NCBI GenBank assembly: GCA_044343155.1 | Contig: JAVZSS010000001.1 | Span: 6,023 to 70,022, forward strand | Direction: 5' to 3' | Source: Candidatus Aenigmatarchaeota archaeon | Lineage (GTDB): Archaea > Aenigmatarchaeota > Aenigmatarchaeia > CG10238-14 > SpSt-28 | Length of the DNA: 64,000 bases | In this document: in pieces, positions 10,362-20,700 of the stretch | Layout of the letters: every line of letters begins with the position of its first letter | Position numbering within the stretch: the stretch's first letter is position 1 | Position numbers and translations under genes: made by a program | The notes under the pieces: generated by a model | The model's database searches: none | The model's input: the letters and a program-made list of their open reading frames with translations, nothing else | What the model was told of the DNA's origin: nothing

Positions 10362-10890
10362 ATAATCTTCCTAATATAGTTAGTTCTTTACCAATATTAT
10401 ATTTTTGATTATAGATAAATAAAAACCAAAAAGCAAGAACATATATACCCATAAAATATCTCCAAAGAAATAAATGGAAAAAATTAAAATCGATATTGAG
10501 AATTATTGTTGAATATATTGTTATAAAAAGCCTTAACAAGTTAATAAAAATTGTGGCAGGTATTGCTATTAGTATGTATTTATATTTATTTCTAAATTTA
10601 AGTGGTGTTGCAAAGATCAAAGCTAACAATATATACATACTTTTCCAGCCGGTAGAATCCCAAGAAATTTCAAAAATACTATCATTTATTATTAAATAGT
10701 TTTCTTCTACAATAACATTTACTTTAATAAATGAAAAAAGAAAAGAAACCAATTTGGCTTGAAAAACTTTAAACGACAATATTTCAAAATTATAAATAAT
10801 TAATATATAAAACGGTATTAACAACAGAAGTAAAATAAAAATAAATTCAAAAAAAATAAATTCTACTTCAATTTTTCTTCTTCTATCCAT
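10339..10890 (-). CDS. Polytopic membrane protein, possible minimal exosortase/archaeosortase-family protein
   Basis: 183 aa, about 6 TM helices; EISWDSTGWKSM resembles the exosortase CSG(L/I)(R/K)S active-site block but with Ser/Asp at the Cys position; downstream N-L-L-R resembles the conserved Asn/Arg. Confidence 0.4.
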   Translation of the reverse strand: MDRRRKIEVEFIFFEFIFILLLLLIPFYILIIYNFEILSFKVFQAKLVSFLFSFIKVNVIVEENYLIINDSIFEISWDSTGWKSMYILLALIFATPLKFRNKYKYILIAIPATIFINLLRLFITIYSTIILNIDFNFFHLFLWRYFMGIYVLAFWFLFIYNQKYNIGKELTILGRLYGRRKQP

Positions 10891-11894
10891 TTTTTCAGTT
10901 CCTCCTTTAAAATTTCCTTCATCATTTTTTCAAATTTTGCTTTTTCTATTCCATAGATATCTTCAACCTTATACAAATCTCCCTTTTTAACAAAAAATAC
11001 TGGAAATTTAAATATTTCTTTATTTTTTATTTCAACCTCTGTAAACAAAGCCCTAATCCCAAAACCTTTAAGAAGAGAAAAAATTCTTTCATTATTAGAA
11101 AAAACAATTCTGTTTTCTAAGCCTATGTATTGATTGAATTCAAAAATATCAAAATTATCTAAATCTATAATTGGTAATATGTTTTTCCTTTCTAGTTCAT
11201 AAATCTTTTTAAAAATATTAAAATATTTCTCAATTTTTAAAAACTTTTCTTTATATTCTAACAATTCTGAAAAAACAAAATTTATCCTTTTATAATAATT
11301 AAGTTCTTTTTCCAACTCTCTAATTCTTTTCTTTAATCTCAAATTTTCTTCAAAAAAATTGAATTGATGGACAACTTCTTCTTTTCTTTTATCTTCTACC
11401 TTTTCCTCAGTTTTGCTAATTAAATTATTTATTATACTAATCAAATTTTTTCCATAATCTCTAAAAAGCCTATAAACAACTTCATCATAAAATTCCATTA
11501 AATTTTTCTTTTCTAAAAAAATTCTAATTGTATCTAGTCTTTTTCTAATTTTCTTATAAGCATAATAGGCTGCAGCAACTGCATCTCTTTGATGCCCATC
11601 CTTCACTTCAACTCCAATTTTTCTAACTAAATCTTCCTTTTCTTCAACCAATAAATCCCTTTTTGGTCTAATTACTCTACAACCAAAAGATGAAGCAATT
11701 TCTTTTATGCTTTTTGGAACTTTTTTTCTGTCTGTAGAAAAAATTATTGGCCTACCAAACTTTAAAATTTCACTAATTATTTTTTCTCTATCTTCTCCTC
11801 TATACGTATTTAAAAAAATAACATTTCCAGATGTATCTAAAATAGCTATACCGACATTTAATCCAGAATCGTAGCCAATAATCAAATTTTTCAA
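10863..11894 (-). CDS. RNase H-fold (YqgF/RuvC-like, DUF460-type) predicted nuclease with C-terminal coiled-coil
   Basis: 343 aa; N-terminal IIGYDSGLNVGIAILD and QRDAVAAAYYAY resemble YqgF/RuvC catalytic motifs. Confidence 0.55.
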   Translation of the reverse strand: MKNLIIGYDSGLNVGIAILDTSGNVIFLNTYRGEDREKIISEILKFGRPIIFSTDRKKVPKSIKEIASSFGCRVIRPKRDLLVEEKEDLVRKIGVEVKDGHQRDAVAAAYYAYKKIRKRLDTIRIFLEKKNLMEFYDEVVYRLFRDYGKNLISIINNLISKTEEKVEDKRKEEVVHQFNFFEENLRLKKRIRELEKELNYYKRINFVFSELLEYKEKFLKIEKYFNIFKKIYELERKNILPIIDLDNFDIFEFNQYIGLENRIVFSNNERIFSLLKGFGIRALFTEVEIKNKEIFKFPVFFVKKGDLYKVEDIYGIEKAKFEKMMKEILKEELKKWIEEEKLK

Positions 11895-12551
11895 TTAATC
11901 ACCTTTATATTCAAATTCAACTATTTTTTTAATTTTTTTAGACAATTTTTCCCCTATACCTTCAACTTTCATTAAATCTTTTTCTGAAGCTAACACAAAA
12001 TTCTTTATACTCTTAAATTTTTTTATTATTCTATCACTCAAAACAGTAGAAATTCCCGGAAATGAAGACAAAATTCTTTTTTGAACTTCTACTAAATCTT
12101 CATTTTTCTTTTTTATTTTATATGAAGAATAATTTTTATCACCACTTTTTTCCTTTTTCAAAATCCAATATATTAACTTCGCTGTTTCCATTTTACTTTT
12201 AGTAAAAACTATGCTTATGTTATTTAAAACCAAATAACTTAAAACAGAAAGATAATAATTTTCATTTATCCTTTCTACATCACCACTACCTTCCACTATA
12301 ATAATTCTTTTTTCATAAGTTTCAATCATTTTCTTTGCTTGTTCAAAAATTCTTCCATCTAAAATTGAAGAAATAAAATCAAAAAAAGTTTTTCTTTCTA
12401 TACCTATGTTATTATATACAAAATCACAAACATCTAGCTTAACAATATTTACTTTAACTCCAAGTTTTTCCAAAAAAATTATAACTTCATTTTCTCTATA
12501 ATCTGCAAATATTTGCAATTCATTTAAAGGCAAGCTCAATTGTTTCTCCAT
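11895..12551 (-). CDS. hef: Hef/XPF-type ERCC4 nuclease domain with tandem HhH (stand-alone nuclease part of Hef)
   Basis: ERCC4 motif GIERKTFFDF; C-terminal GISTVLSDRI..VEGIGEKLSKKI HhH2; ATG at 12551 lies 2 nt after the TGA of the upstream helicase gene. Confidence 0.8.
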   Translation of the reverse strand: MEKQLSLPLNELQIFADYRENEVIIFLEKLGVKVNIVKLDVCDFVYNNIGIERKTFFDFISSILDGRIFEQAKKMIETYEKRIIIVEGSGDVERINENYYLSVLSYLVLNNISIVFTKSKMETAKLIYWILKKEKSGDKNYSSYKIKKKNEDLVEVQKRILSSFPGISTVLSDRIIKKFKSIKNFVLASEKDLMKVEGIGEKLSKKIKKIVEFEYKGD

Positions 12552-12553
12552 AC

Positions 12554-14077
12554 TCACAACCAATCAACCAAACTTTTTTTCTTAATTAAACCATTTTTAA
12601 ACATTTTCAAAGTCTTTTTCATTTTTTTCTCTTTATAATAAGAAGAAAAGAAATATCCTTCATCGATACTATCTTTAGTTAACAAAAATATAACTTTTCC
12701 TTCAGTTTGTCTACCTATTCTCCCTCTTCTCTGAATCATTCTTATTTCACTAGGAACAGCTTCGTAAAATATTGCATAATTAACTGAAGCAATATCTAAG
12801 CCTTCTTCACCTATACTAGAACAAACCAAAACATTGAATTCATTATTAGCAAACTTTTTAACAATCTCTATTTGTTGTTTTTGACTAAGACCTTTTCCCT
12901 CTTTTTTTGCCTGACCTATCAACATTTCAGCCCTAATTCCATTTTCTTTTAATAAATTTGTGATTCTTTCTACTGTATCCCTAAGATTTGCAAAAACAAT
13001 AATTCTAACATTAGGATTTTCTTTAATTATAGATTGTATTATTTCAATTAATTTTTTCATTTTTGGATGTACATTATATTTTCCTTCTAATATTGGTAGC
13101 ATCTTGTATATTTCTATAAAATTTTTATGAGAAGCTAAAATTTTCTCTGCATGTTTTTTGCTAGAATAAAGCTCTTTAACATATGAAGAAAAAACACTAA
13201 TATCTTGAGTTTCTAGAAGTTCAATTAAATGAAGAATTTTGACTGCTTGCGTTACTCTAATCATACCTAAAACATATTTATGATCTTTAATTCCAGCTTC
13301 ATAGCTCTTAATTAAGCTTTCTTGTAAACTCAAAAGCTCTTTTTTACTAATACTTTTAGAAGTTATTATAGAATTTTGTTTTAAACTTTCCAAAATTTCA
13401 TCATAAATTCCATATAATAGTTTTCTAATATGTTCCATTTCTTCCGGTAATTCAACTTTAACGTACTCTTTTTCTATTTCTTTAATATATGGTTTTACAT
13501 CTTTGTCATATTCTGTTCTAATTTCAACAAATTTTATAAAAAGATTCCTCATAACTTCTCTAATTCTTTCTTCTTCTCCTCCAGGTGAAGCCGTTAAACC
13601 AATTATTAATGGATTTTCCGCTTGTGTTATATATGTCTTAGCAACTTCTGTATAAGAATATTCCTTAACAGCTCTATGTGCTTCATCAAAAATTGCCAAA
13701 ACAAAATCCTTAAGATTTATTCTTCCATTTTGAATATCATTAGCTATTGTTTGGGGGGTTGCAATTATAACTTTACAGCTATTATATAAAATCTTTCTTT
13801 TTTCTGGCTTAACTTTCCCTGTAATTAGCCCCACTTCTCTTTCATTTATATCAGTAAATTTTAAAAAACTTCTAAAATGCTGCTCATTTAATGGTCTAGT
13901 TGGAGCCATAAACAAAATTTTTCCATTTGGATATTGCTCTAACCTTTTTATTGCAACATAAATCGCAATAATTGTTTTACCTAATCCTGTAGGTAAAACT
14001 ACTAAAGTATTTCCTTTCAAACAAGTATTAGCTATATTTTTTTGGTACTCTCTTAACTCTATATCTTTAAGATTCAT
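12554..14077 (-). CDS. hef: Hef-type (FANCM-like) superfamily-2 helicase domain protein
   Basis: 507 aa; REYQ, Walker A PTGLGKT, DEAH-like FDEAHRAV, QRRGRIGR motif VI. Confidence 0.85.
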   Translation of the reverse strand: MNLKDIELREYQKNIANTCLKGNTLVVLPTGLGKTIIAIYVAIKRLEQYPNGKILFMAPTRPLNEQHFRSFLKFTDINEREVGLITGKVKPEKRKILYNSCKVIIATPQTIANDIQNGRINLKDFVLAIFDEAHRAVKEYSYTEVAKTYITQAENPLIIGLTASPGGEEERIREVMRNLFIKFVEIRTEYDKDVKPYIKEIEKEYVKVELPEEMEHIRKLLYGIYDEILESLKQNSIITSKSISKKELLSLQESLIKSYEAGIKDHKYVLGMIRVTQAVKILHLIELLETQDISVFSSYVKELYSSKKHAEKILASHKNFIEIYKMLPILEGKYNVHPKMKKLIEIIQSIIKENPNVRIIVFANLRDTVERITNLLKENGIRAEMLIGQAKKEGKGLSQKQQIEIVKKFANNEFNVLVCSSIGEEGLDIASVNYAIFYEAVPSEIRMIQRRGRIGRQTEGKVIFLLTKDSIDEGYFFSSYYKEKKMKKTLKMFKNGLIKKKSLVDWL

Positions 14078-14491
14078 TTACTCACCTATAATAGTAATAT
14101 AAACCTTTCTTTCCCTTGGCTCAAAAAGCTCAACTAAAATAATTCTTTGCCATGTTCCTAAAACAATTTCCCCATTTTTAATTGGTATACTTAAATTTTG
14201 AGAAAGTATTAAATTTTTAAGATGGGCAGTGGCATTAATATTTCCTTCATAAGAATGCTTATATTTTCCATTTAAAGGAAATACTTTTTCTAATATGTTT
14301 TTCATGTCTTCAAATATTGTTTCATCATATTCTTGAATTAATAAGGCCGCTGTATTGTGTTCTAAAAAAAGAAAAATTAAACCATTATTTATTTTAGATT
14401 TTTCGACCTCCTTTTTTATTTCTTCGGTTATATCCAATATATCATAATATCCTTTTGTTAAAAACTTTAGTTCTTTTTGGTAAATCCTCAT
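14078..14491 (-). CDS. YjbQ/UPF0047 family protein (secondary thiamine-phosphate synthase-like)
   Basis: 137 aa; TAHLKN..GTWQRI signature region. Confidence 0.75.
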   Translation of the reverse strand: MRIYQKELKFLTKGYYDILDITEEIKKEVEKSKINNGLIFLFLEHNTAALLIQEYDETIFEDMKNILEKVFPLNGKYKHSYEGNINATAHLKNLILSQNLSIPIKNGEIVLGTWQRIILVELFEPRERKVYITIIGE

Positions 14492-14520
14492 AATTTTAAA
14501 TTTATTTTAAAAAACTAATT

Positions 14521-15195
14521 ATGAAGGTTGTTATTTCAATTGGAGGATCTTTACTAACTCAAGAAGTTTCATATAAAAATTTTAAAAGATATGCTAATAT
14601 AATTCAAAAACTGAGTAAGCAGAATAAAATTATTGTTGTTTGTGGTGGAGGAAAAATAGCTAGAGAATACATAAAAATAGGGAAAAAAGCTAAAAGTAGT
14701 AGAGATGTTCAAGACTTTATAGGAATAATGGCGACTCATCTCAATGCTTCTGCTTTTTATTCCCTACTTCAAAATGCTTTCTTAGTAAAATGGAAAAGTC
14801 TAAAAGAAGCTGGAGAAGAAGTTAAAAAATATTTTGGAAAAAAAATTATAGTTGCTGCGGGCTATAATACTAGGCATTCAACAGATTATAATGCCGCCTA
14901 TTTCGCTTCAATAGTTAAAGCTGATCTTCTCATAAACGCTACAAATGTTGATGGTGTTTATGATAAAGACCCGACAAAATATAAAGATGCAAAAAAGTTC
15001 GCATTTTTAAGCTATGATGATTTTATAAAAATACTTTCTAAACTGAAACAATCTCCTGGAGAATATAGATTATTTGATTTAGATGCCGCAAAAATTTTGA
15101 AAAGATGTAGAATTCCCTTGAAAATAATAGATGGAAGAAATCCTAAAAACATAGAAAGAGCTCTAAAAGAAAATATAGGAACGTTAATAAAGTGA
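14521..15195 (+). CDS. pyrH: Uridylate (UMP) kinase, archaeal type
   Basis: 224 aa; amino-acid-kinase fold; ATNVDGVYDKDPTKYKDAKK matches archaeal PyrH. Confidence 0.85.
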   Translation: MKVVISIGGSLLTQEVSYKNFKRYANIIQKLSKQNKIIVVCGGGKIAREYIKIGKKAKSSRDVQDFIGIMATHLNASAFYSLLQNAFLVKWKSLKEAGEEVKKYFGKKIIVAAGYNTRHSTDYNAAYFASIVKADLLINATNVDGVYDKDPTKYKDAKKFAFLSYDDFIKILSKLKQSPGEYRLFDLDAAKILKRCRIPLKIIDGRNPKNIERALKENIGTLIK

Positions 15196-15239
15196 TTTTA
15201 ATAAAATCCATTAAAAGAAACTTTAAGAAATTAATTTAT

Positions 15240-15336
15240 GCTGGGGTCGCCTAACCAGGTAGGGCGCCGGCCTCGAGTATGTAAGATAGCCGGTTGGGCT
15301 TTTAGCCCTGTGTGGGTTCGAATCCCACCCCCAGCG
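15240..15336 (+). tRNA. tRNA-Ser (anticodon CGA) with about 10-nt anticodon-loop intron
   Basis: Acceptor GCUGGGG/CCCCAGC, discriminator G73, long variable arm GGGCU-UUUA-AGCCC, T-arm GUGGG-UUCGAAU-CCCAC; anticodon stem CCGGC/GCCGG encloses 17 nt (loop CUCGAG + intron). Confidence 0.8.
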
Positions 15337-15391
15337 AATTTAAAATCATTACCAAAGTAAAAAATAAAAAAATTCAATCTGTATAATTTAT

Positions 15392-16042
15392 ATGACGAGA
15401 TTATCCACAGGTTTCGTAATAGTTGGAGCATATGCAAAAAAACTGAGAAAAACATTGTTTGCTCAACTCAAAGATAAAATTAAAGATAAAGAAATTGCTA
15501 ATAAGTTGGCATATTCTTCAGCCCAACTTAATAAACTTTTGTTTGAAGTTATAGTAAATAAACTAAAACTAGAAAAGGGGGATTTGGTAAAAATAGTAAT
15601 AGAATATGAGTTTGATGAAAACAAAAAAGAAGTTGAATGGAAATATGATACTTTAAAAATAATTAGCTATAAAAAAGTTCCTCAGGAAGAAATAGAAAAA
15701 CATTTAGAAGAAACATTAAAAGAGTTAAAAGGTGAACCTATCTTTACAATTGAAAAAATTGGAGAAAGCGCTGATGGAGATTTGATTTTTTCTGTACTTA
15801 GTAATAATAAAGATGTTGGTATAATGGTAATTACTCCACTAGATGAAAAATCCTATCTACTAAAAAAAGCAGTTGTTGTAGATAAAGAGGCTTTTGAAAT
15901 AGAAAAAGTTAAATTGGAAGAAGTAGAATCACTGTTTGAAACTTTAACTAACATAGTAAATTTTGAAACTAGTTTAAGAAAAACGATAAATAAAGAAGAA
16001 GGTTTAAACTTAATAAACATGATAAAGAAAAAATTAAGTTAA
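15392..16042 (+). CDS. Hypothetical protein
   Basis: 216 aa ORF, no recognisable motif. Confidence 0.4.
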   Translation: MTRLSTGFVIVGAYAKKLRKTLFAQLKDKIKDKEIANKLAYSSAQLNKLLFEVIVNKLKLEKGDLVKIVIEYEFDENKKEVEWKYDTLKIISYKKVPQEEIEKHLEETLKELKGEPIFTIEKIGESADGDLIFSVLSNNKDVGIMVITPLDEKSYLLKKAVVVDKEAFEIEKVKLEEVESLFETLTNIVNFETSLRKTINKEEGLNLINMIKKKLS

Positions 16043-16714
16043 CTTTGGCATTAATTCAACCTCTTCAAAAACTAAAATTCCAGAATAATTTTTGTAGATT
16101 TTTTTAGAAGATTTTATTATAATTTTTTTTCTAAAATTTGGCGCATCCAAAACAAAAGTTTCATATTCTCCTCCTTCACCACTTGGATTAATCCCAAATT
16201 TAGAACTAAGAATCTTCATATCCTCTATAAATTTTTCATCAATTTTTCTTCCTAAATAAGATTCATCTAAAGGATAAGCAGCAATTCCAGTTATTATTGC
16301 ATCTATTTTTAATCTTAAAATTTCTTCCAGAACTTCAAATTCATTAACTTGCCACAAAGGAGTAACAAACTTTATTCCAAATTTTTCACAAATCTTTTTA
16401 AATTTTTCAAACTGAAATTTTGACTTTATTACACCACAAACAATTCCTTCTATTTTATATTCTAAAATTGCTCTATCTATCAAACTCTCTAATTTTTCTA
16501 TTTCTTCCCCAATATCACTTTTTTCTTGAATTAAAGGAATCTCCATAGCTTCAGCTTGGTATTTTACAAATTTTGTGTTTGGATAGTGGAAAAAGTAGCT
16601 TTCTTCTGAAGAAGGAATTATATTTATTAAACACTCTATAGAGTTTTCCTTACTTACTTTTAAAATAGCCAAAGTAGAATCTTTTCCGCCAGAATATATT
16701 GCTGCTAGTTTCAT
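16034..16714 (-). CDS. Diphthine-ammonia ligase-like PP-loop ATPase (MJ0570/Dph6 family)
   Basis: 226 aa; N-terminal PP-loop AIYSGGKDST. Confidence 0.7.
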   Translation of the reverse strand: MKLAAIYSGGKDSTLAILKVSKENSIECLINIIPSSEESYFFHYPNTKFVKYQAEAMEIPLIQEKSDIGEEIEKLESLIDRAILEYKIEGIVCGVIKSKFQFEKFKKICEKFGIKFVTPLWQVNEFEVLEEILRLKIDAIITGIAAYPLDESYLGRKIDEKFIEDMKILSSKFGINPSGEGGEYETFVLDAPNFRKKIIIKSSKKIYKNYSGILVFEEVELMPKLT

Positions 16715-16788
16715 TTTATTCTTTTAACATTAAGAGAAAAAACCTTATCCTTTTTAAAAATTATATATTAAAATTTAAAATAAACTCT

Positions 16789-17718
16789 ATGAAAGTGTTG
16801 GTAACTGGAGTTGCAGGTTTTATTGGTTCTCATATTGCTGAAGAATTAATTAAAAGAGGTTTTACAGTTTATGGAATAGATAATCTACATACTGGTAATA
16901 TAGAAAATATAAAAGAAATGAACATTAATTTTATTGAAGGTAGAGCTAAGAAAATTATAGAAATTAATGAAAAGTTTGATGTTATATTTCACAATGGAAT
17001 TTATTCTTCAAGTCCTATGTATAAAGAAAACCCCTTTCTTGTTAATGAAGTTATAGAAGATATGATTGCTATTTTAGAGTATGCAAAGAAAAATGGCTCT
17101 AAAATTATTTTAGCTTCAACTTCTAGTTTGTATAATCAGAATCAAATTCCCTGGAAGGAAGATGTGGAAATTAAAGTTACAGATTATTATACTGAAGCAA
17201 GATATGCTTGTGAAAGATTATGTCAATTATATTCAAAACTTTTCAAAATTAAATGTGTTTCTTTAAGATACTTTAGTGTTTTCGGAGAAAGAGAAGAATA
17301 TAAAAGAAAATATGCAAATGTGATAACTCAAATGATTTGGTGTGCCTTAAAAGGAAAAGAATTTGAAATTTTCGGAGATGGAAATCAAAGTAGAGATTTA
17401 ATTTATGTAAAAGATGTAGTTGAAGCTAATATAAAAGCTATGAATTTTGAAGATTTTGATGAAAAATACTTTGAAGTTTTTAATGTTGGTTCTGGAAAAA
17501 ATTATTCCTTTAATGAAATGGTTGAAATAATTAGAAAGTTTTTAGACTTAAAAGTAAATTATAAGCCTAACCCCATACCAAATTACGTTTATCATACTTT
17601 GGCGGATACCAAAAAATCTGAAGAACTACTCAAATTTGAAACTAAATTTAAAATAGAAAAAGTTATACCAAAAATAATAGAATACTACAAAAAGAAAATA
17701 GAAAAAATAATAATATAG
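16789..17718 (+). CDS. NAD-dependent sugar epimerase/dehydratase (UDP-glucose 4-epimerase-like SDR)
   Basis: MKVLVTGVAGFIGSH Rossmann motif; start taken at internal ATG 16789 rather than ORF-track 16699. Confidence 0.8.
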   Translation: MKVLVTGVAGFIGSHIAEELIKRGFTVYGIDNLHTGNIENIKEMNINFIEGRAKKIIEINEKFDVIFHNGIYSSSPMYKENPFLVNEVIEDMIAILEYAKKNGSKIILASTSSLYNQNQIPWKEDVEIKVTDYYTEARYACERLCQLYSKLFKIKCVSLRYFSVFGEREEYKRKYANVITQMIWCALKGKEFEIFGDGNQSRDLIYVKDVVEANIKAMNFEDFDEKYFEVFNVGSGKNYSFNEMVEIIRKFLDLKVNYKPNPIPNYVYHTLADTKKSEELLKFETKFKIEKVIPKIIEYYKKKIEKIII

Positions 17719-17752
17719 AAACTTTTTTATTAAATCTCTCCAATAATATTTA

Positions 17753-20700
17753 ATGAAGTTTGTAAAATGGATTAAGGAGTTATCTAAAAATGATTTGAAT
17801 TTAGTTGGAGGTAAAGCTGCAAACTTAGGAGAAATGATAAATGCTGGTTTACCTGTCCCTAATGCTTTTGTTGTTACTGCAGAAGCATATAAACATTTTA
17901 TCACAAAGAACAAACTTATGGGTAAAATAAAAAAAATACTAAGAAAAACTAATTTTAATGATCCTAAAAATTTAGAAGAATCTACACGAAAAATTAGAGA
18001 ACTTATTGAAAATTCTCCAATGCCAAAAGAAATAGAAGACGAAATAAAAGAAGCTTACAGAATGTTGTCTGAAGAATTTGGAGAAAATGAAATATCTGTA
18101 GCTATAAGAAGTTCGGCCACTGCAGAAGACATTCCCAGTGTAGCTGAAGACGAATTCATTTTATTAAGAATTGATGGAATGTTAAAACTAATTAAAATGA
18201 AGGATCTTTTTAAATTTACAAATTCTTTCATAGAAGTTTTAGGAATGAAAGAAGATGGAAGTCTAGATTGGTTTAAAGTAGATGGAATTTATAAGCATTA
18301 TGTTGATACATTTCTTTATAAAATAATAACAAAAAGCAAAAGAGAATTAGTTATATCTCCAAACCATTCGCTGATAGTACTAAATGGAAATTTGGAACCG
18401 GAAGTAATTTCGGCTATAGATGAAGTTAAAAAAGATAAAATTAAAGTTCCTGTATTAAGAAGAATTCCTAATGATAAATTTATTAAATATATTGATTTAA
18501 GAGAAATTTTTAAGGAAGGTTATGAAATTCATGATGGTAAGCTAAAACTTTTGAACAATTCATCCAATTGGAAAGTTCAAAATGGCTTAAATCCTATACT
18601 TCAGCTTACAGAAAATCTAATGTATTTTCTTGGAGTTTTCCTAGCTGATGGAACTATTGATATGCATTCTAGAAGAACCATAATTATAACAAGTGAAGAA
18701 AAAGAAGTTAAAGAAAAAATAAAGGAATTTTGTAGGGAGGTTGAATTAAATGCTAAAGAAGGAAGAAAGAACTCAATAAATATTCATTCAAGAGTTCTAA
18801 CTGAATTTTTAATCAAAACTACTTTTGCGGAAGAGCCAAGAAAGGGTGGTAAAGGTATTATTACCAGATTAAAAAAAGTTCCAGACTTTGTATTCAATGC
18901 TGAACCAAAATTAATTGGAGCATTTTTAAGGGGTTGCTTTGATGGAGATGGGAGTGTAACTAGAAATGAAGTGACCTTTAGCAACAAATCAATATATCTA
19001 ATTAATGGTATTGCAAAATTACTTGAACTACTTGGGATAGAGTATTGTATACAAAGAAAAAAGGACTGTATAGACATTTCTATATTATATAAATCACTTG
19101 AAAATTTTATGACAATGATTGGATTTGAGATTGAGGAAAAAAAGGAAAAATTAAAAAGGATTGTAGAAAAATATAAAGCTTCTAAAAAACACCTTGATTA
19201 TTTTGAAGTATTTGAAGTAAGAAGTGATATTTTAAGAAAACTATTAGAGAAAAAATTACCTAAATGTTTAGTAGAGTTTGCATATTGTCCAATTTGTAAT
19301 AAAAAGTTAGAGAAAACATCAAACTATAAAAACAAAACAAGATATGTTTGTAAAAATTGTAGAAGAACTTTCTATGAGGAAGAAGTTATAAAATATAAAG
19401 AATATGTTTATAAGTACTGGAACGAAAAGGGACAATTTACCACAAATCAAGTGCCTTGGAATAAAGGTAGAATAAGTAAGAGAGTTGGTAGAAGAAGGTT
19501 AGAAGCTATATTAGAAAATCTTGGAATTAGAGAAGAGGTGAAAATGTTAAATTCAGATATAAAATGGGAAGATGTGGTAAAAATTGAGCCAATTAAATAT
19601 AAAGGATTTGTTTATGACTTATTTGTTCCTAACGTTCAAAATTTTGCAGCAGGCTTAGGAGGAATTATTACTCATAATTCTGCAAGTTTTGCTGGCTTGC
19701 AACTTACTTTACTAAATATTAAAAATATAGAAAACGTTTTAAATGGAGTAAAAAAATGTTGGGCTTCTCTTTTTACACCCAGAGCAACTTTTTATAGAGA
19801 GCAAAAAGGGTTTAAGCATGAAAAAGTTTATATAGCAGTAATAGTTCAAAAACAACTTGGTGTTTTAAATAGAAAAGAGTATGAGGAAGGTAAATACAAA
19901 GCTGGAGTTGGATTCACGATTCATCCTTCTACTGGAGAAAAAGATAAAATTGTAATAGAATCTTCTTATGGACAAGGAGAAAGTGTAGTTAGTGGAGCTG
20001 TTAATCCCGATACTATAATAATAGATAAAAATACTGGAAATATTTTGGAGTTTCATGTTGGAAGAAAAGAAAAAATGAGAGTAACTAGTGAATTAGGAGA
20101 ATTGGAAGAAATTGAAACTCCACAAAATTTAAAAGAAAAACTTTCTTTAAACGAAGATGAAATAAAACAACTTTGGGAATTAGCTTTAAAGCTTGAAAAA
20201 CATTATAATTTCCCCCAGGATTTCGAATGGGTTTCCGAAAATGGAAAAGTTTACTTAGTTCAATCTAGACCGGTAACAGTTTTTTATGAAAAGAAGGAAA
20301 GCAAAACAATAACTGAAAAAAGTCCTTTAATTAAAGGTTTGGGTGCATCTCCTGGAGTAGCTATAGGAAAAGTTAAGATTGCGTTAACTGTTGAAGAAGC
20401 AAGCACAAAAATAGAAAGAGGAGATATACTAGTAACTAAAATGACTTCTCCTGATTGGACACCATTTATGAAAATTGCTTCTGCAATTATAACAACTGAA
20501 GGTGGGCTAACTTCTCATGCAAGCATAGTATCTAGAGAATTAGGAATACCTTGCATAGTTGGTGCTTCTGAGGCTTTGAATAAATTGAAAGATGGAATGT
20601 TAATAACAGTTGATGGAAGGAACGGTTTAGTTTATGAAGGTGAAATTAAAGAATTGATAGAAAGAGAAAAAGCTGAGGAGATTTCCATAGAAGATGTTGC

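Noticed and set aside
12549-12563. Hef helicase/nuclease boundary as a frameshift within one gene
   Set aside because: Helicase stop TGA is followed after 2 nt by an ATG opening the nuclease, so the two domains cannot be one polypeptide without at least two sequence errors; treated as a genuine split, flagged for re-sequencing.
15231-15455. 74-aa minus-strand ORF
   Set aside because: Lies entirely over the tRNA-Ser gene and its flanks; GC-rich tRNA sequence creates a spurious open frame.
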